Source: Pseudoalteromonas translucida KMM 520 (GTDB lineage Bacteria; Pseudomonadota; Gammaproteobacteria; Enterobacterales; Alteromonadaceae). From it: DNA of 32,000 nt. Of this stretch, positions 17,198-26,699 are shown one piece after another; position 1 is the first letter of the stretch, and each line of letters opens with the position of its first letter. The translations under genes were made by a program, and so were the position numbers. The notes below the pieces were generated by a model. The model was not told the origin of the DNA and did no database searches. It saw only the letters and a program-made list of their open reading frames with translations. The stretch lies in NCBI RefSeq assembly GCF_001465295.1, contig NZ_CP011034.1, positions 60,001-92,000 on the forward strand, read 5' to 3'.

Positions 17198-17224
17198 TTA
17201 GGGCTAACAAATTAAAGCCCTAAG
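17198..17224 (-). other. Stem-loop enclosing the yceH stop codon (possible U-tract-less terminator or RNA stabiliser)
   Basis: ttagggct (17198-17205) pairs with agccctaa (17216-17223) around a 10-nt loop. The TAA stop (17212-17214) lies in the loop. No U-tract follows on the minus strand. Confidence 0.3.
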
Positions 17225-17841
17225 TGAGCTTTAATTTTTTGTAACTCGGCTTTTAACTCGTCTACTTCGGCGAGTAACTCATTGAGTTCTTCATTTTTTA
17301 ATTCATCAGTCGCTTGCTCTGCAGGGCGTGTTATTTCACTTATTGCCTGCTCGCCAAGCAAATGCATATAACGACAGTCACGTTTACCAGATTCGCGCGC
17401 AAGTTTGGTTATTATGTCATTTTCAATTAGTTTATTAAGTGCAAGCTCAACGTCATCTACACTATTAAAATTTGCTAATCGTGCGCATCGCGTTTTTAAT
17501 TCTCCGGGAGTTTGCGCACCACGTAGCAGTAACAAGCAAATAATTGCGCGCTGCTGCGCACTAAATTTTAAGCTACTAAACTCGGTGTTACAAAAACGGT
17601 GGTCGTATTTATTTACTCGCCCAGAAAGCCCTTCATCAATGGTAACCAGTCGGGCATTTATTAATTCATCGAGTGCAATTTGCACTTCGCTGTCGGTTAA
17701 GTTTAAAACCGGTGCACGATTTGATTTTTGATTACACGCATTAGTTAGCGCATTTAACGACAAAGGGTAGTGTTCGGGAGTTGTACTTTGCTTTTCTAGT
17801 AAACAGCCAATAATACGCTGTTGATTTGCTGATAATTGCAT
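17212..17841 (-). CDS. yceH: YceH-family protein (DUF480)
   Basis: Motifs RIIGCLLEKQSTTPEHYPLSLNALTNACNQKSNRAPVLNL, RFCNTEF, LLLRGAQTPGELKTR and GKRDCRYMHL, plus a C-terminal coiled coil. It is collinear with remembered E. coli YceH. Confidence 0.88.
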   Translation of the reverse strand: MQLSANQQRIIGCLLEKQSTTPEHYPLSLNALTNACNQKSNRAPVLNLTDSEVQIALDELINARLVTIDEGLSGRVNKYDHRFCNTEFSSLKFSAQQRAIICLLLLRGAQTPGELKTRCARLANFNSVDDVELALNKLIENDIITKLARESGKRDCRYMHLLGEQAISEITRPAEQATDELKNEELNELLAEVDELKAELQKIKAHLGL

Positions 17842-17882
17842 AACTCATCTCAACTAATAAACTATATGATTAGCTTACACTT

Positions 17883-20800
17883 TTATTGAGTACCAAGCCA
17901 TTGCTGAAGTTTGGGGTGCAGTGCACTAAAATCGAGTGGCTTACTTAAGTAATCATTCATACCTGCTGCTAAGCACTTTTCTTTATCTCCCTGCATTGCA
18001 TTGGCAGTTAAAGCAATAATGGCTATGTTTTGATAATGCTTACCCGCGTCACCATTTCTAATCGCTTTAGTTGCTTGGTAGCCGTCCATTTCAGGCATTT
18101 GGCAGTCCATTAAAATTAGCTGATAAGTATTAGCGGGTTGATCATTTAATTGCTTTATCGCCTCACATCCGTTTTCAGCAATATCAAATGAAATACCGGC
18201 TTGTTTTAATAAAGCCCCAGCAACAACTTGGTTAATTTTATTGTCTTCTACTAATAAAATTTGTGGCTCACTTGCATTAACTAATGGTGTTTCAGTGAGT
18301 TTATTTTGCAGTTGTGCCTGTTGTTGCTGTTGTTCTATGTATTTATCATTAGCGAGAGAGTCAAATAAGTCTGAGGGTGTTAATGGCTTAAAAATCATTG
18401 AGTCTACTTTTAAATTTAGCGTAGAGTTATCTTTGGAATAGCTCATAGGTGCCATTATTATCAGCTTACAACTGTGCTTAGCTAAGTGATTTTTAACCTC
18501 AGTAACTTGCGATTGCGGCGCTTGTTCAAAAAAATAATAGTCGATTAAAATAGCATCGAGAGTTTTATTTGCCTGGTCTTTAAAATACGCACTTACAGCA
18601 GTGTAATCGGTTAAGGTATTGGCATTTGCTTGCCATATAATCAGCTGCTTTTTGGCTATGGTTGAGTTTAATAAGCAGCTATCAATAATTAAAATATGTT
18701 TGTTTTTAATTAAATGGCTAGGTAGGTCTTGCTGCTTACTTAATTTAGGTTGTACTTTTATTGAAAACGAAAAAGTGCTGCCTTCGTGTAGCATACTGGT
18801 TACGCTTACTTCACCTCCCATCAGCTCACATAACTGCTTTACAATAGCGAGGCCTAAGCCTGTGCCGCCATACTGGCGTGTTGTAGAGGTATCTGCTTGA
18901 GTAAATGAGTCAAATAATGTGGCGTGTTTTTCTGGTTTTATGCCAATACCGGTATCAATAATTGAACAAACTAAAGATGTACCATCGGTTGTTTCATCAA
19001 TTTTTGCGGTGACTACTATTTTTCCGTCAAATGTAAACTTAACTGCGTTACTAATTAAGTTACTTAATATTTGTCGTAACCTATTAGGATCGCTAACTAT
19101 TTCGCTGACAGTGATGAGAGTTGCATCTAAAATTAATATGGTATTATTTTGCTCCGCTTTAAGCGCAAATGATTCAACAACCTCACCTAACAAACGTGGT
19201 AAATTAAATTGAATTTTTTCAATATCTAATTTACCAGCCTCTATTTTAGAAAAATCTAAAATATCGTTAATAATATTTAGTAATGATTGCGCCGACGACT
19301 GAGCAAGCTCTATATGGTGCATTTGTTGTTGATCTAACTTTGTGTTTTTAACAATATTAAGCATGCCTAACACCCCATTCATAGGAGTGCGAATTTCATG
19401 ACTCATGCTCGCTAAAAACTCACTTTTAGCAGCTACAGCTTGCTCTGCCGTTTCTTTGGCTGTTACTAGTTGTTGCTCTGTTTCTATACGTTTTTGGCTA
19501 GAGTAAAGGCTGCCAATAAGTGCCGCTACAGCAATTAAAAAGCTTTCTTCGTTGTGCGCCCAAGCGCGGGTTTTGTTACATTGCTCGGCGCAAACCATGC
19601 CTATGATCCCACTTCCGGCAGGAATAACTGCACACAACATGGCATTTATTTTTAGTGGCTTTAGGTAGTGCTCTTTAATTGGCATTAAAATAGGGCACTG
19701 CTGTGCATCTGCTGCACTAAATATGGCTTTGCGCTCTATAGCTTCAAAAAAATCAGGAATATCTTTTTGTAACCATGGTTCATTGTTGTTATTTATGGTG
19801 GTGTTTATATTATGAAAGGCAATAGGCTTGAGCTGGGTTTTATTGTCGCTAAATAGCCAAATACTGGCTTGATCGATGTTGAGTGCCTGACAAATTGCTT
19901 GAGTAATCACACCTTTAGATTGGCTTAATTGCCCGTTTAAAATTTGATCGTTAACTGTTAAAGACGCCAAGGCTTCGTTAAATAGCGATATTTTATTATT
20001 TTCTAATTCTATTTTTTTACGGGTATCAATATTTTGTAATGAGCCAAATATTCTTATACAGCGATTATTTTTATGCTCAGCTTCACCGTGCACTAATACC
20101 CAAATAATATTACCTTTAGCGTCAATAACTTCAAATTCAGCTTCGTAGCTCTCACCAAATTTAATTGCTCGTTCAATTAATTTAGCCGCCGTTTCTCGGC
20201 TTTTTCCGGGCTTAAAGTAACCAAGATCCTTTGGCCATTGAGGTTGTTCGTCAGGTGCGTATTTAAATATTTTTTTGGTCATATCAGACCAATATGCTTG
20301 TTTATTTTCTAAATTAAACGACCAAGCGCCTACGAGTGCCAGATCACTCATAACCTCCAGCATTTTTTCATTTTGTTGTTGGCGGTTAAACATTTTTAAA
20401 AAGAATAAAAACGCCCAAATTAATAGGCCGCATATAATTATTATAGCTACACGCAAAGGCCAAATAGAGGAGCTTACAGGGCTCCAACCCTTTTTAGGTG
20501 CAACATAAAGTTGCCAATTACCACCTTGAAAACTTAAAGAAAACTCAAGAGGATCTTGCTCTATTATGGTGGGCTCACCGTAAAAAAAATCGCCTTTTTT
20601 CCCCAGTCCATTGCGCCCTTGTATCGCCACATTGTATTGTTTTTCGAGTTCATTAATACCTGCGTTTGCATATACTTTTTCAAGATCTAATACGACAGAA
20701 AGCAGCCCCCAGAAGGATTTATCCGCATTATAAACAGGCACGCGAGCAATGAGTGCAGAACCACCTTGTATTAACGTTAATGGGCCAGCCATTACAATTT

Positions 20801-21245
20801 TATTTGTGTCTCTGGCTCTAATTGCATCGATACGTTGCGCTTCATTATCTAAAAAATTAAGGCCTAGGGCTTGTTCATTACCGGCAAGCGGATAGATCAT
20901 GTTAATTATCATGTCGGGTGCGCCACCAATATTTCGTAGCTCATTGGAAGTGTCAAATAAGGGGGCAGCAATTTGCGCAAAGCGTGCTTGCTGTAAATTT
21001 GGTTCTGCGGCAACAGCAACACCTAAACCACGAATTAGCTGAATATTAGATACTAAAATAGCTTCAAGTTGTGCTCGATAAGTGCTTACTTCAGAGAGTA
21101 TTTGTAATCGGTGTGCATCTTTTGCTCGGTTATAGTTAATCCGATCAAGTACAACACTTACTAATACAATAAGAGTAAGTGATAGCCAGAAGGTCAGCTT
21201 AAAATTATGAACTTTATTATTTTTACTATTATTCATTGGCGACAT
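17883..21245 (-). CDS. Hybrid sensor histidine kinase/response regulator (CHASE-TM-PAS-GAF-HisKA-HATPase, divergent receiver, canonical receiver)
   Basis: N-terminal TM helix followed by a periplasmic CHASE-like domain ([19 protein letters not shown]) and a second TM helix. H-box [10 protein letters not shown] has its His codon at 19398-19400. N/G boxes are [10 protein letters not shown] and DTGIGI...[11 protein letters not shown] receiver-like segment (ILIIDS...AILIDYYF...IFKPL) spans about 18370-18710. A Q-rich linker ([10 protein letters not shown]) follows. The canonical REC ([10 protein letters not shown]...[12 protein letters not shown]...SKPL) spans about 17886-18266. No Hpt domain is present. 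Confidence 0.9.
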   Translation of the reverse strand: MSPMNNSKNNKVHNFKLTFWLSLTLIVLVSVVLDRINYNRAKDAHRLQILSEVSTYRAQLEAILVSNIQLIRGLGVAVAAEPNLQQARFAQIAAPLFDTSNELRNIGGAPDMIINMIYPLAGNEQALGLNFLDNEAQRIDAIRARDTNKIVMAGPLTLIQGGSALIARVPVYNADKSFWGLLSVVLDLEKVYANAGINELEKQYNVAIQGRNGLGKKGDFFYGEPTIIEQDPLEFSLSFQGGNWQLYVAPKKGWSPVSSSIWPLRVAIIIICGLLIWAFLFFLKMFNRQQQNEKMLEVMSDLALVGAWSFNLENKQAYWSDMTKKIFKYAPDEQPQWPKDLGYFKPGKSRETAAKLIERAIKFGESYEAEFEVIDAKGNIIWVLVHGEAEHKNNRCIRIFGSLQNIDTRKKIELENNKISLFNEALASLTVNDQILNGQLSQSKGVITQAICQALNIDQASIWLFSDNKTQLKPIAFHNINTTINNNNEPWLQKDIPDFFEAIERKAIFSAADAQQCPILMPIKEHYLKPLKINAMLCAVIPAGSGIIGMVCAEQCNKTRAWAHNEESFLIAVAALIGSLYSSQKRIETEQQLVTAKETAEQAVAAKSEFLASMSHEIRTPMNGVLGMLNIVKNTKLDQQQMHHIELAQSSAQSLLNIINDILDFSKIEAGKLDIEKIQFNLPRLLGEVVESFALKAEQNNTILILDATLITVSEIVSDPNRLRQILSNLISNAVKFTFDGKIVVTAKIDETTDGTSLVCSIIDTGIGIKPEKHATLFDSFTQADTSTTRQYGGTGLGLAIVKQLCELMGGEVSVTSMLHEGSTFSFSIKVQPKLSKQQDLPSHLIKNKHILIIDSCLLNSTIAKKQLIIWQANANTLTDYTAVSAYFKDQANKTLDAILIDYYFFEQAPQSQVTEVKNHLAKHSCKLIIMAPMSYSKDNSTLNLKVDSMIFKPLTPSDLFDSLANDKYIEQQQQQAQLQNKLTETPLVNASEPQILLVEDNKINQVVAGALLKQAGISFDIAENGCEAIKQLNDQPANTYQLILMDCQMPEMDGYQATKAIRNGDAGKHYQNIAIIALTANAMQGDKEKCLAAGMNDYLSKPLDFSALHPKLQQWLGTQ

Positions 21246-21299
21246 TAGCTACATTTTGCTTTTATATTAGACAGTATCCACTATAGCTAATTTATTGTA

Positions 21300-21341
21300 C
21301 AAATAAAAATGGCGCATCAGATTATGCGCCATTTTATTTTT
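21300..21341 (-). terminator. Strong intrinsic terminator after ycaO, insulating it from the kinase gene
   Basis: A 12-bp stem, aaaatggcgcat (21306-21317) with atgcgccatttt (24-35 of the 213xx block), around loop cagatt. A/T runs lie on both sides. Confidence 0.85.
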
Positions 21342-21362
21342 ATAATTAATAGTTTAACTAAA

Positions 21363-23123
21363 TTACGAGTCGCTAACTTCGCGTGCCCAATGCTGCTGTT
21401 TAGCTACATGGAGTTTGCGATAACCATCGAGTAATGCGGCATGCTTTGTAAAGCCAGTAAGCGATAAGCCTGGGAAGGTTAAACCGTTAAATAATTTACG
21501 ACCTTCGGCTATTTCAATTGCTAGCGTTACATTGGCAGTACCAAACATTAAGCCTAATGCATCTTGATAGTCTGCATATTCGCGTTCGTCATCGTATTTT
21601 ATTTCTAAAATAGCTTTTAAACAGCGAAAGTGACGCATTGCATCTTCGTTTACTTGCCCGGTATGTAATATCCAGTCAACCCAATCAATGGCTTCTTCGT
21701 TACCTGCGGCTAGGCAAAGATGCGCTTTTAGTTCACCAATACGCAGTGTATCCCAAGATGTATTAGGGTCGGTTACTAAGCCAATAAACTCGGCGGCGCG
21801 AATGATATCGCTATGACCCGCTTCTTCTAGTGAGTCATAAATCTCCATCCATTGCTCAACGTCGTACTGATCAAGTGATAAAAATGTTTCGCGAAACTTA
21901 GCGCCTTCATTGTTGTTACGCCAAATTAGTTCATCAACTGGGTAAATGTCTGACATACCAGGGACTAAAATACGACATGCATATACGTTTAAGTGGGTGT
22001 AATCCATGATGTAAATATCATGCCCCATGCTATGAATTAAGTCGGTACAAAAGTTATATTCTTGCTCAGTTGTACCGCTAAAGTCCCAATGCACAAAGTC
22101 AAAGTCGGCCTTTGCGCGGAAAAAATCATGAGAAATTAAGCCGCTAGAATCAATAAAGTGCAGCTCAGTGTTTTCTGGAGAGGCAACTTCATCATTATCA
22201 AAAGTAGCAGGTTGGAACACATCAAGTTGATCTAAGCGACGACCTTGTAATAGTTCTGTTACGGTACGCTCAAGTGCCACTTCAAACGATGGGTGAGCAC
22301 CAAAAGAAGCAAATACAGAGCCATCGGCTGGGTGAATAAGGGTAACGCTCATTACTGGGTATTTACCGCCTAGAGAGGCATCGGCAATACGTAAATGAAA
22401 ACCATGGCTGCGTAACTCTTCACACGCTTCATGAATTTTAGGATACAGCTTAACTACTTCTTCAGGCACGATAGGCAGACACAAGCCCTCAGTAATAATG
22501 CGGCTTTTTATAGCGCGTTCAAATACTTCGGATAAGCCTTGTACGCGTGCTTCAAATTTAGTGTTGCCGGCACTCATACCGTTAGATACAAAAATATTAC
22601 CAATAACGTTAACCGGAATATACACATCTTGGTTATCGCTTTGGCGGGTGTATGGCACAGTACAAATACCACGCTTAACATTACCAGAGTTAAAATCGAA
22701 AAGGTGCGATGCATTAAGTTCGCGCTCTGGGTCAAAGTAGTCCCATAAGCTTTCATCCATAATGCCCTCAGGCACTTCATCGTTTGTTACTGTAAACCAT
22801 TTTTCGGTTGGGTAATGGGTAAACTCTGCATGGGCAAATTCTTCACCTAAATAAAAGTCAGCAAAAAAGTAGTTACAGCTTAAGCGTTCAAAGTATTCGC
22901 CTAATGCCGAAGCTAACGATGCTTTGTCGTTTGCGCCTTTACCATTGGTAAACATTACGCCACAGTCTTGGTCACGAATATGTACCGAATAACAGTTAGC
23001 TACAGGGTTAAGCCATAACGCTTCCTCAATATTAATATTAAGGGCTTTTAGCTTATTTTGCATAGTAGAGATCGACGATTCTAAATCGCGGTCTTTACCT
23101 TTTATAAATGTTTTATCAGTCAT
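21363..23123 (-). CDS. ycaO: YcaO-type protein (E. coli YcaO orthologue type; RimO-associated factor)
   Basis: About 586 aa, collinear with remembered E. coli YcaO: FIKGKD, WLNPV...SVHIRD, FTNGKGA, ALGEYFERLS, YVSNGMSAGNT, RVQGLSEVFER, ALERTVTELLQGR and ACRILVPGMSDIYP. Start at ATG 23123 (MTDKTF, matching E. coli MTQTF) is preferred. The track start at 23129 is also possible. Confidence 0.9.
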   Translation of the reverse strand: MTDKTFIKGKDRDLESSISTMQNKLKALNINIEEALWLNPVANCYSVHIRDQDCGVMFTNGKGANDKASLASALGEYFERLSCNYFFADFYLGEEFAHAEFTHYPTEKWFTVTNDEVPEGIMDESLWDYFDPERELNASHLFDFNSGNVKRGICTVPYTRQSDNQDVYIPVNVIGNIFVSNGMSAGNTKFEARVQGLSEVFERAIKSRIITEGLCLPIVPEEVVKLYPKIHEACEELRSHGFHLRIADASLGGKYPVMSVTLIHPADGSVFASFGAHPSFEVALERTVTELLQGRRLDQLDVFQPATFDNDEVASPENTELHFIDSSGLISHDFFRAKADFDFVHWDFSGTTEQEYNFCTDLIHSMGHDIYIMDYTHLNVYACRILVPGMSDIYPVDELIWRNNNEGAKFRETFLSLDQYDVEQWMEIYDSLEEAGHSDIIRAAEFIGLVTDPNTSWDTLRIGELKAHLCLAAGNEEAIDWVDWILHTGQVNEDAMRHFRCLKAILEIKYDDEREYADYQDALGLMFGTANVTLAIEIAEGRKLFNGLTFPGLSLTGFTKHAALLDGYRKLHVAKQQHWAREVSDS

Positions 23124-23279
23124 ACTCATCTCAACTAGGGCTGCACAATATGTGGATTAGCTATTATCGTGGATTTTGATGTTTATTTCATCCTTTGAGC
23201 CGCAGAATATGACTTTTTAATAGAAGGATAGTAAATATATGTTAATAATACTTTATTAGAATTTTTAAAGGATAGCTGG

Positions 23280-25616
23280 ATGTTTAAAGTAATCAAGCGC
23301 TTGCTGCTGTTAGTAGTGGTTTTAGGGCTGGCCGGTACCGCGGTTGTTTATGGTGTACTTAGTTTAAGTTTACCAGCACTTGACGGCAAAGGTCATAGCG
23401 AAGCGATTAATGAGCCGGTAATTATTTCGCGCGATGTACTTGGTCAAGCTGTTATCAAAGCACAAAGCCGCAACGATGCCGCTTATGGTTTGGGGTATGC
23501 GCATGGGCAAGACCGGTTTTTTCAAATGGACTTACTTAGGCGTAATGCCGCCGGTGAGTTGAGCGAAATTTTTGGTAAGGCAGCGCTTGCACTAGATAAA
23601 AAAATGCGTTTTCATCAATTGCGTAAACGCAGCCAAACTATTTTAAAAAACCTTCCTGAGTCGGATAAGCAATTACTTAAAAGCTATGCCCAAGGGGTTA
23701 ACGAAGGATTAGCACAAATAGGTTACTCAAGCTTTGAATATTTACTCACTGGTGCACAGCAAAGACCATGGCAAAGCGAAGATAGCCTATTAATAATTTT
23801 TAGTATGTATCTTGATTTACAAAGTGCCACCTTTGAGCGCGACCAAGCATTAATTCAAATTGAGCAGCAATACGGCAAACATATGCTCAAATTTTTAACG
23901 CAACCTAGTCAATACCAAGCTGCGCTTGATGGCAGCCAATTAGCACCTTACAGCGCAGGCATACCTAAGCTACCAATACCCAAGCAACAAACGCAGCAAT
24001 TATCCACTGTGCAATCATCATCAATACCAGCAATGTATGCATTTAATTCTTTTGCAGCAAGCCAAGAGCGCGGCAGTAATAACTGGGCAGTTACCGGCGC
24101 ATTAACTACAACCGGAGCTGCTATGCTCTCTGATGACATGCACCTAGCAATGGCGGTGCCTGTTATTTGGTACAAAGCGCAATTAAATTATGTACATAAT
24201 AATGTAAAAACCCAAGTTACAGGCGTGTCGTTACCGGGTGCGCCAGCTATTGTAGTGGGCACTAATAATCATATCGCATGGGGGTTTACCAATGGTTATA
24301 TTGATACCGCAGATTGGGTTGCGCTTACAAGTAACGATAAAACGTGGCAAGTAGATGAGCAAATTGCATTACCAAATAATGAAGCCGAAACTTACACACT
24401 TACCCTGAGCGAATATGGTCCGGTAAAATATATTAACGGGCAAGCTTATGCACTGAGTTGGGCGGCGCATCAAAGTTATGCGGTTAATATGCAATTATTA
24501 CAGCTCGAACACGCTACCGAAGTTGATGATGCCCTAGCTATAGCCAGCGATGTAGGTATTCCGGTACAAAACTTAATTGTAGTTGATAGCCAAGGCAGTG
24601 CCGCATGGAAGCTAATGGGGGGTATTCCAGGGCGTAAAACACCCAGCGAGCTTAGTGTGAAAAGTACTGATTACTCGCCGCTTTGGTTGCAAAATGAGGC
24701 GCAGCGCCCCGTGGTTAAAAACCCAGCAAGTGGACGAATATGGACTGCAAACTCTCGGGTGGTAAGTGCCCAGGATAACGCTCGCTTTGGTAACGGCGGC
24801 TATTCACTTGGCGCACGTGCAACACAAGTGCGCGATCGCTTATTTGAAAAGCAAAAATTTGTTGAGGACGATTTTTATCAATTACAGCTTGATAACCAAG
24901 CGCGATTTTTAATTCCTTGGCACGCTTTATTGCTCAAGCAACTCAAAGCCGATAAAAATAATAATGCGGCGTATATTAGCGCGGTTGAAAACTGGCAGCA
25001 GTGCGCGTGTGCAAGCTCAGTAGGTTATACCTTGGTAAAGCATTATCGCGATGAAGTGATTAATATTACCTTTAGTACGTTGCAGCAAAGCTTAAGTGAG
25101 AAAAATGGCACGTTGAGCTACGTGAGGCGTGATTTAGAACCGGCAATTTGGCAGCTTATTAACGCGCAACCAAGCAGTTGGCTCAATCCACAGTTTTCAA
25201 CTTGGGAGCAGCAGCTGCAGGGTGCATTTAGTCAAGCTATTGCTAAACTCAGTACGCAATACGGTAATAACATTCAAGGCTGGCAGTGGGGCAAAGTAAA
25301 CGAGTTGGTTATAGAGCATCCGTTTGCTAAACAAATACCAATACTTGCCCGCTTTTTAAATATGCCAAAAACGCCAGGGTTTGGTGATAGTTACATGCCA
25401 GCAGTGCAGGGGCGTAGTTTTGGTGCTTCACAACGCTTTATTGTACAGCCTGGACATTTAGAAAACGCTATTTTAAGCGTGCCTGGCGGGCAGTCGGGGC
25501 ATCCGTTATCAAACTTTTATCGTGCCGGTTTTAGTCAATATATAAATGCAGAAAACACGCCATTATTACCACAAGCGCTAGTACATCAAATAATAATATC
25601 GCCAAAAGGCAAGTAG
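23280..25616 (+). CDS. Penicillin-acylase-family (S45, Ntn-hydrolase) acyl-amide acylase, possibly an acyl-homoserine-lactone acylase
   Basis: 778 aa. N-terminal signal/anchor LLLLVVVLGLAGTAVVYG. Alpha-subunit motifs YGLGYAHGQDRFFQMDLLRR. Predicted autoprocessing nucleophile is in G-SNNWAV (Ser codon 24075-24077). AAGGA SD lies upstream. Confidence 0.8.
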   Translation: MFKVIKRLLLLVVVLGLAGTAVVYGVLSLSLPALDGKGHSEAINEPVIISRDVLGQAVIKAQSRNDAAYGLGYAHGQDRFFQMDLLRRNAAGELSEIFGKAALALDKKMRFHQLRKRSQTILKNLPESDKQLLKSYAQGVNEGLAQIGYSSFEYLLTGAQQRPWQSEDSLLIIFSMYLDLQSATFERDQALIQIEQQYGKHMLKFLTQPSQYQAALDGSQLAPYSAGIPKLPIPKQQTQQLSTVQSSSIPAMYAFNSFAASQERGSNNWAVTGALTTTGAAMLSDDMHLAMAVPVIWYKAQLNYVHNNVKTQVTGVSLPGAPAIVVGTNNHIAWGFTNGYIDTADWVALTSNDKTWQVDEQIALPNNEAETYTLTLSEYGPVKYINGQAYALSWAAHQSYAVNMQLLQLEHATEVDDALAIASDVGIPVQNLIVVDSQGSAAWKLMGGIPGRKTPSELSVKSTDYSPLWLQNEAQRPVVKNPASGRIWTANSRVVSAQDNARFGNGGYSLGARATQVRDRLFEKQKFVEDDFYQLQLDNQARFLIPWHALLLKQLKADKNNNAAYISAVENWQQCACASSVGYTLVKHYRDEVINITFSTLQQSLSEKNGTLSYVRRDLEPAIWQLINAQPSSWLNPQFSTWEQQLQGAFSQAIAKLSTQYGNNIQGWQWGKVNELVIEHPFAKQIPILARFLNMPKTPGFGDSYMPAVQGRSFGASQRFIVQPGHLENAILSVPGGQSGHPLSNFYRAGFSQYINAENTPLLPQALVHQIIISPKGK

Positions 25617-25759
25617 CTGTTTAGTGAACTAAGCTAGAGGCTGTTTATCTTTTTAGGGTGAATATACAGTTGTGTGTTTTTAGGCAGGCAGGGTCTATGT
25701 AGTGTGGTTATTTCCCATAAATAGACGATAATTAATTATAAATATAAGTGAGCACTAAA

Positions 25760-26611
25760 ATGAAAAAATTACTTCCCGTGTTAATCACTGGCTTATTGTT
25801 AAGTAGCGCGGCTTATGCCGATGAAAGTGTAGTTAAAACGCAAAAACTGAGCGAGCATATTTATATGTTACTTGGTCAAGGAGGCAATATTGCTGTAAGT
25901 GTGGGCGACGATGGTATTTATATTATTGATGATCAATTTGCCAAGCTTTCAAGCGATATTAAAAAAACGATTAGCGATTTACAGCCCGGCAGTACTGAGT
26001 TTGTAATTAACACCCACCATCATGGCGACCACACCGGAGGTAACGAAAACTTTGCTAAAGCAGGTGCCCACGTTATTGCTCACGATAATGTGCATAAGCG
26101 CTTAGTAGCGGAGCATGGTGAAGGATCAGATTTTTTACCACGGATGAGTTTTAGCCACGATTTAAAGCTGCACTTTAACAACGAACATGCTCATGTAGTG
26201 CATTATCAGCATGCGCATACTGACGGTGACGCAGTCATATTTTTTAACAAGGCTAACATTGTACACATGGGCGATATTTTCTTTAACTTTGGCAGCTTAC
26301 CGTTTGTAGACGTAGATAGTGGTGGCAGTGTTGATGGTATTTTAGCGGCGGTAGATGACGTAATGAAACAAATTGACGATAATACTAAAGTGATCCCAGG
26401 ACATGGTCCGCTAAGCGATCGTTCAGGGCTGGTGGTGTATCGTAAGCTGGTGCAAAAAGCCAAAGATGTTATGCTTAAAGCAATGCAAAACAACGCAAGC
26501 TTAGAGCAAGTACTTAACGCCGACCCATTGGCAGAGCTTGGCCTTGAATACGCTAGCTGGTTACCTAAAGAGCGTGTAACTACACTTTTTTATCGTAGTT
26601 TAAAACAATAA
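25760..26611 (+). CDS. Secreted MBL-fold metallo-hydrolase
   Basis: Start at ATG 25760 gives the signal peptide MKKLLPVLITGLLLSSAAYA-DE. Metal-binding motifs are THHHGDHTGG (HxHxDH), HAHTDGD and PGHG. Confidence 0.8.
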   Translation: MKKLLPVLITGLLLSSAAYADESVVKTQKLSEHIYMLLGQGGNIAVSVGDDGIYIIDDQFAKLSSDIKKTISDLQPGSTEFVINTHHHGDHTGGNENFAKAGAHVIAHDNVHKRLVAEHGEGSDFLPRMSFSHDLKLHFNNEHAHVVHYQHAHTDGDAVIFFNKANIVHMGDIFFNFGSLPFVDVDSGGSVDGILAAVDDVMKQIDDNTKVIPGHGPLSDRSGLVVYRKLVQKAKDVMLKAMQNNASLEQVLNADPLAELGLEYASWLPKERVTTLFYRSLKQ

Positions 26612-26648
26612 AAATGAATTAAGTAATAGCACATCAACTATTTTATTA

Positions 26649-26674
26649 AGCTGGGCACATGTTCGGCTTTTTTA
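26649..26674 (+). terminator. Weak candidate terminator after the MBL gene
   Basis: A 5-bp stem with one G-U pair (agctg/cggct), a 10-nt loop, then T6-7. Confidence 0.3.
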
Positions 26675-26699
26675 TTCCCCATTCCTCAAGGAGTTGTGT

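Noticed and set aside
18241-20508. Plus-strand ORFs inside the hybrid kinase gene (18241-18441, 18619-18900, 18919-19212, 20275-20508)
   Set aside because: These are shadow ORFs antisense to a gene with unambiguous HisKA/HATPase/REC motifs. The same reasoning applies to the other embedded track ORFs: 1618-1914, 2056-2328, 2630-2875, 3140-3379, 4928-5209, 7615-7803, 11377-11623, 15538-16060, 16184-16381, 16930-17196, 17405-17731, 22498-22780, 23948-24175, 26206-26493 and 31422-31607.
21363-23129. YcaO gene as the core of a RiPP (azoline/thioamide) biosynthetic cluster
   Set aside because: The protein is collinear over its whole ~586-aa length with the stand-alone E. coli-type YcaO (RimO/S12-associated). 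No precursor peptide, E1-like/Ocin-ThiF partner, TfuA or dehydrogenase gene is adjacent. A divergent promoter region and a strong terminator bound it as a monocistronic unit.
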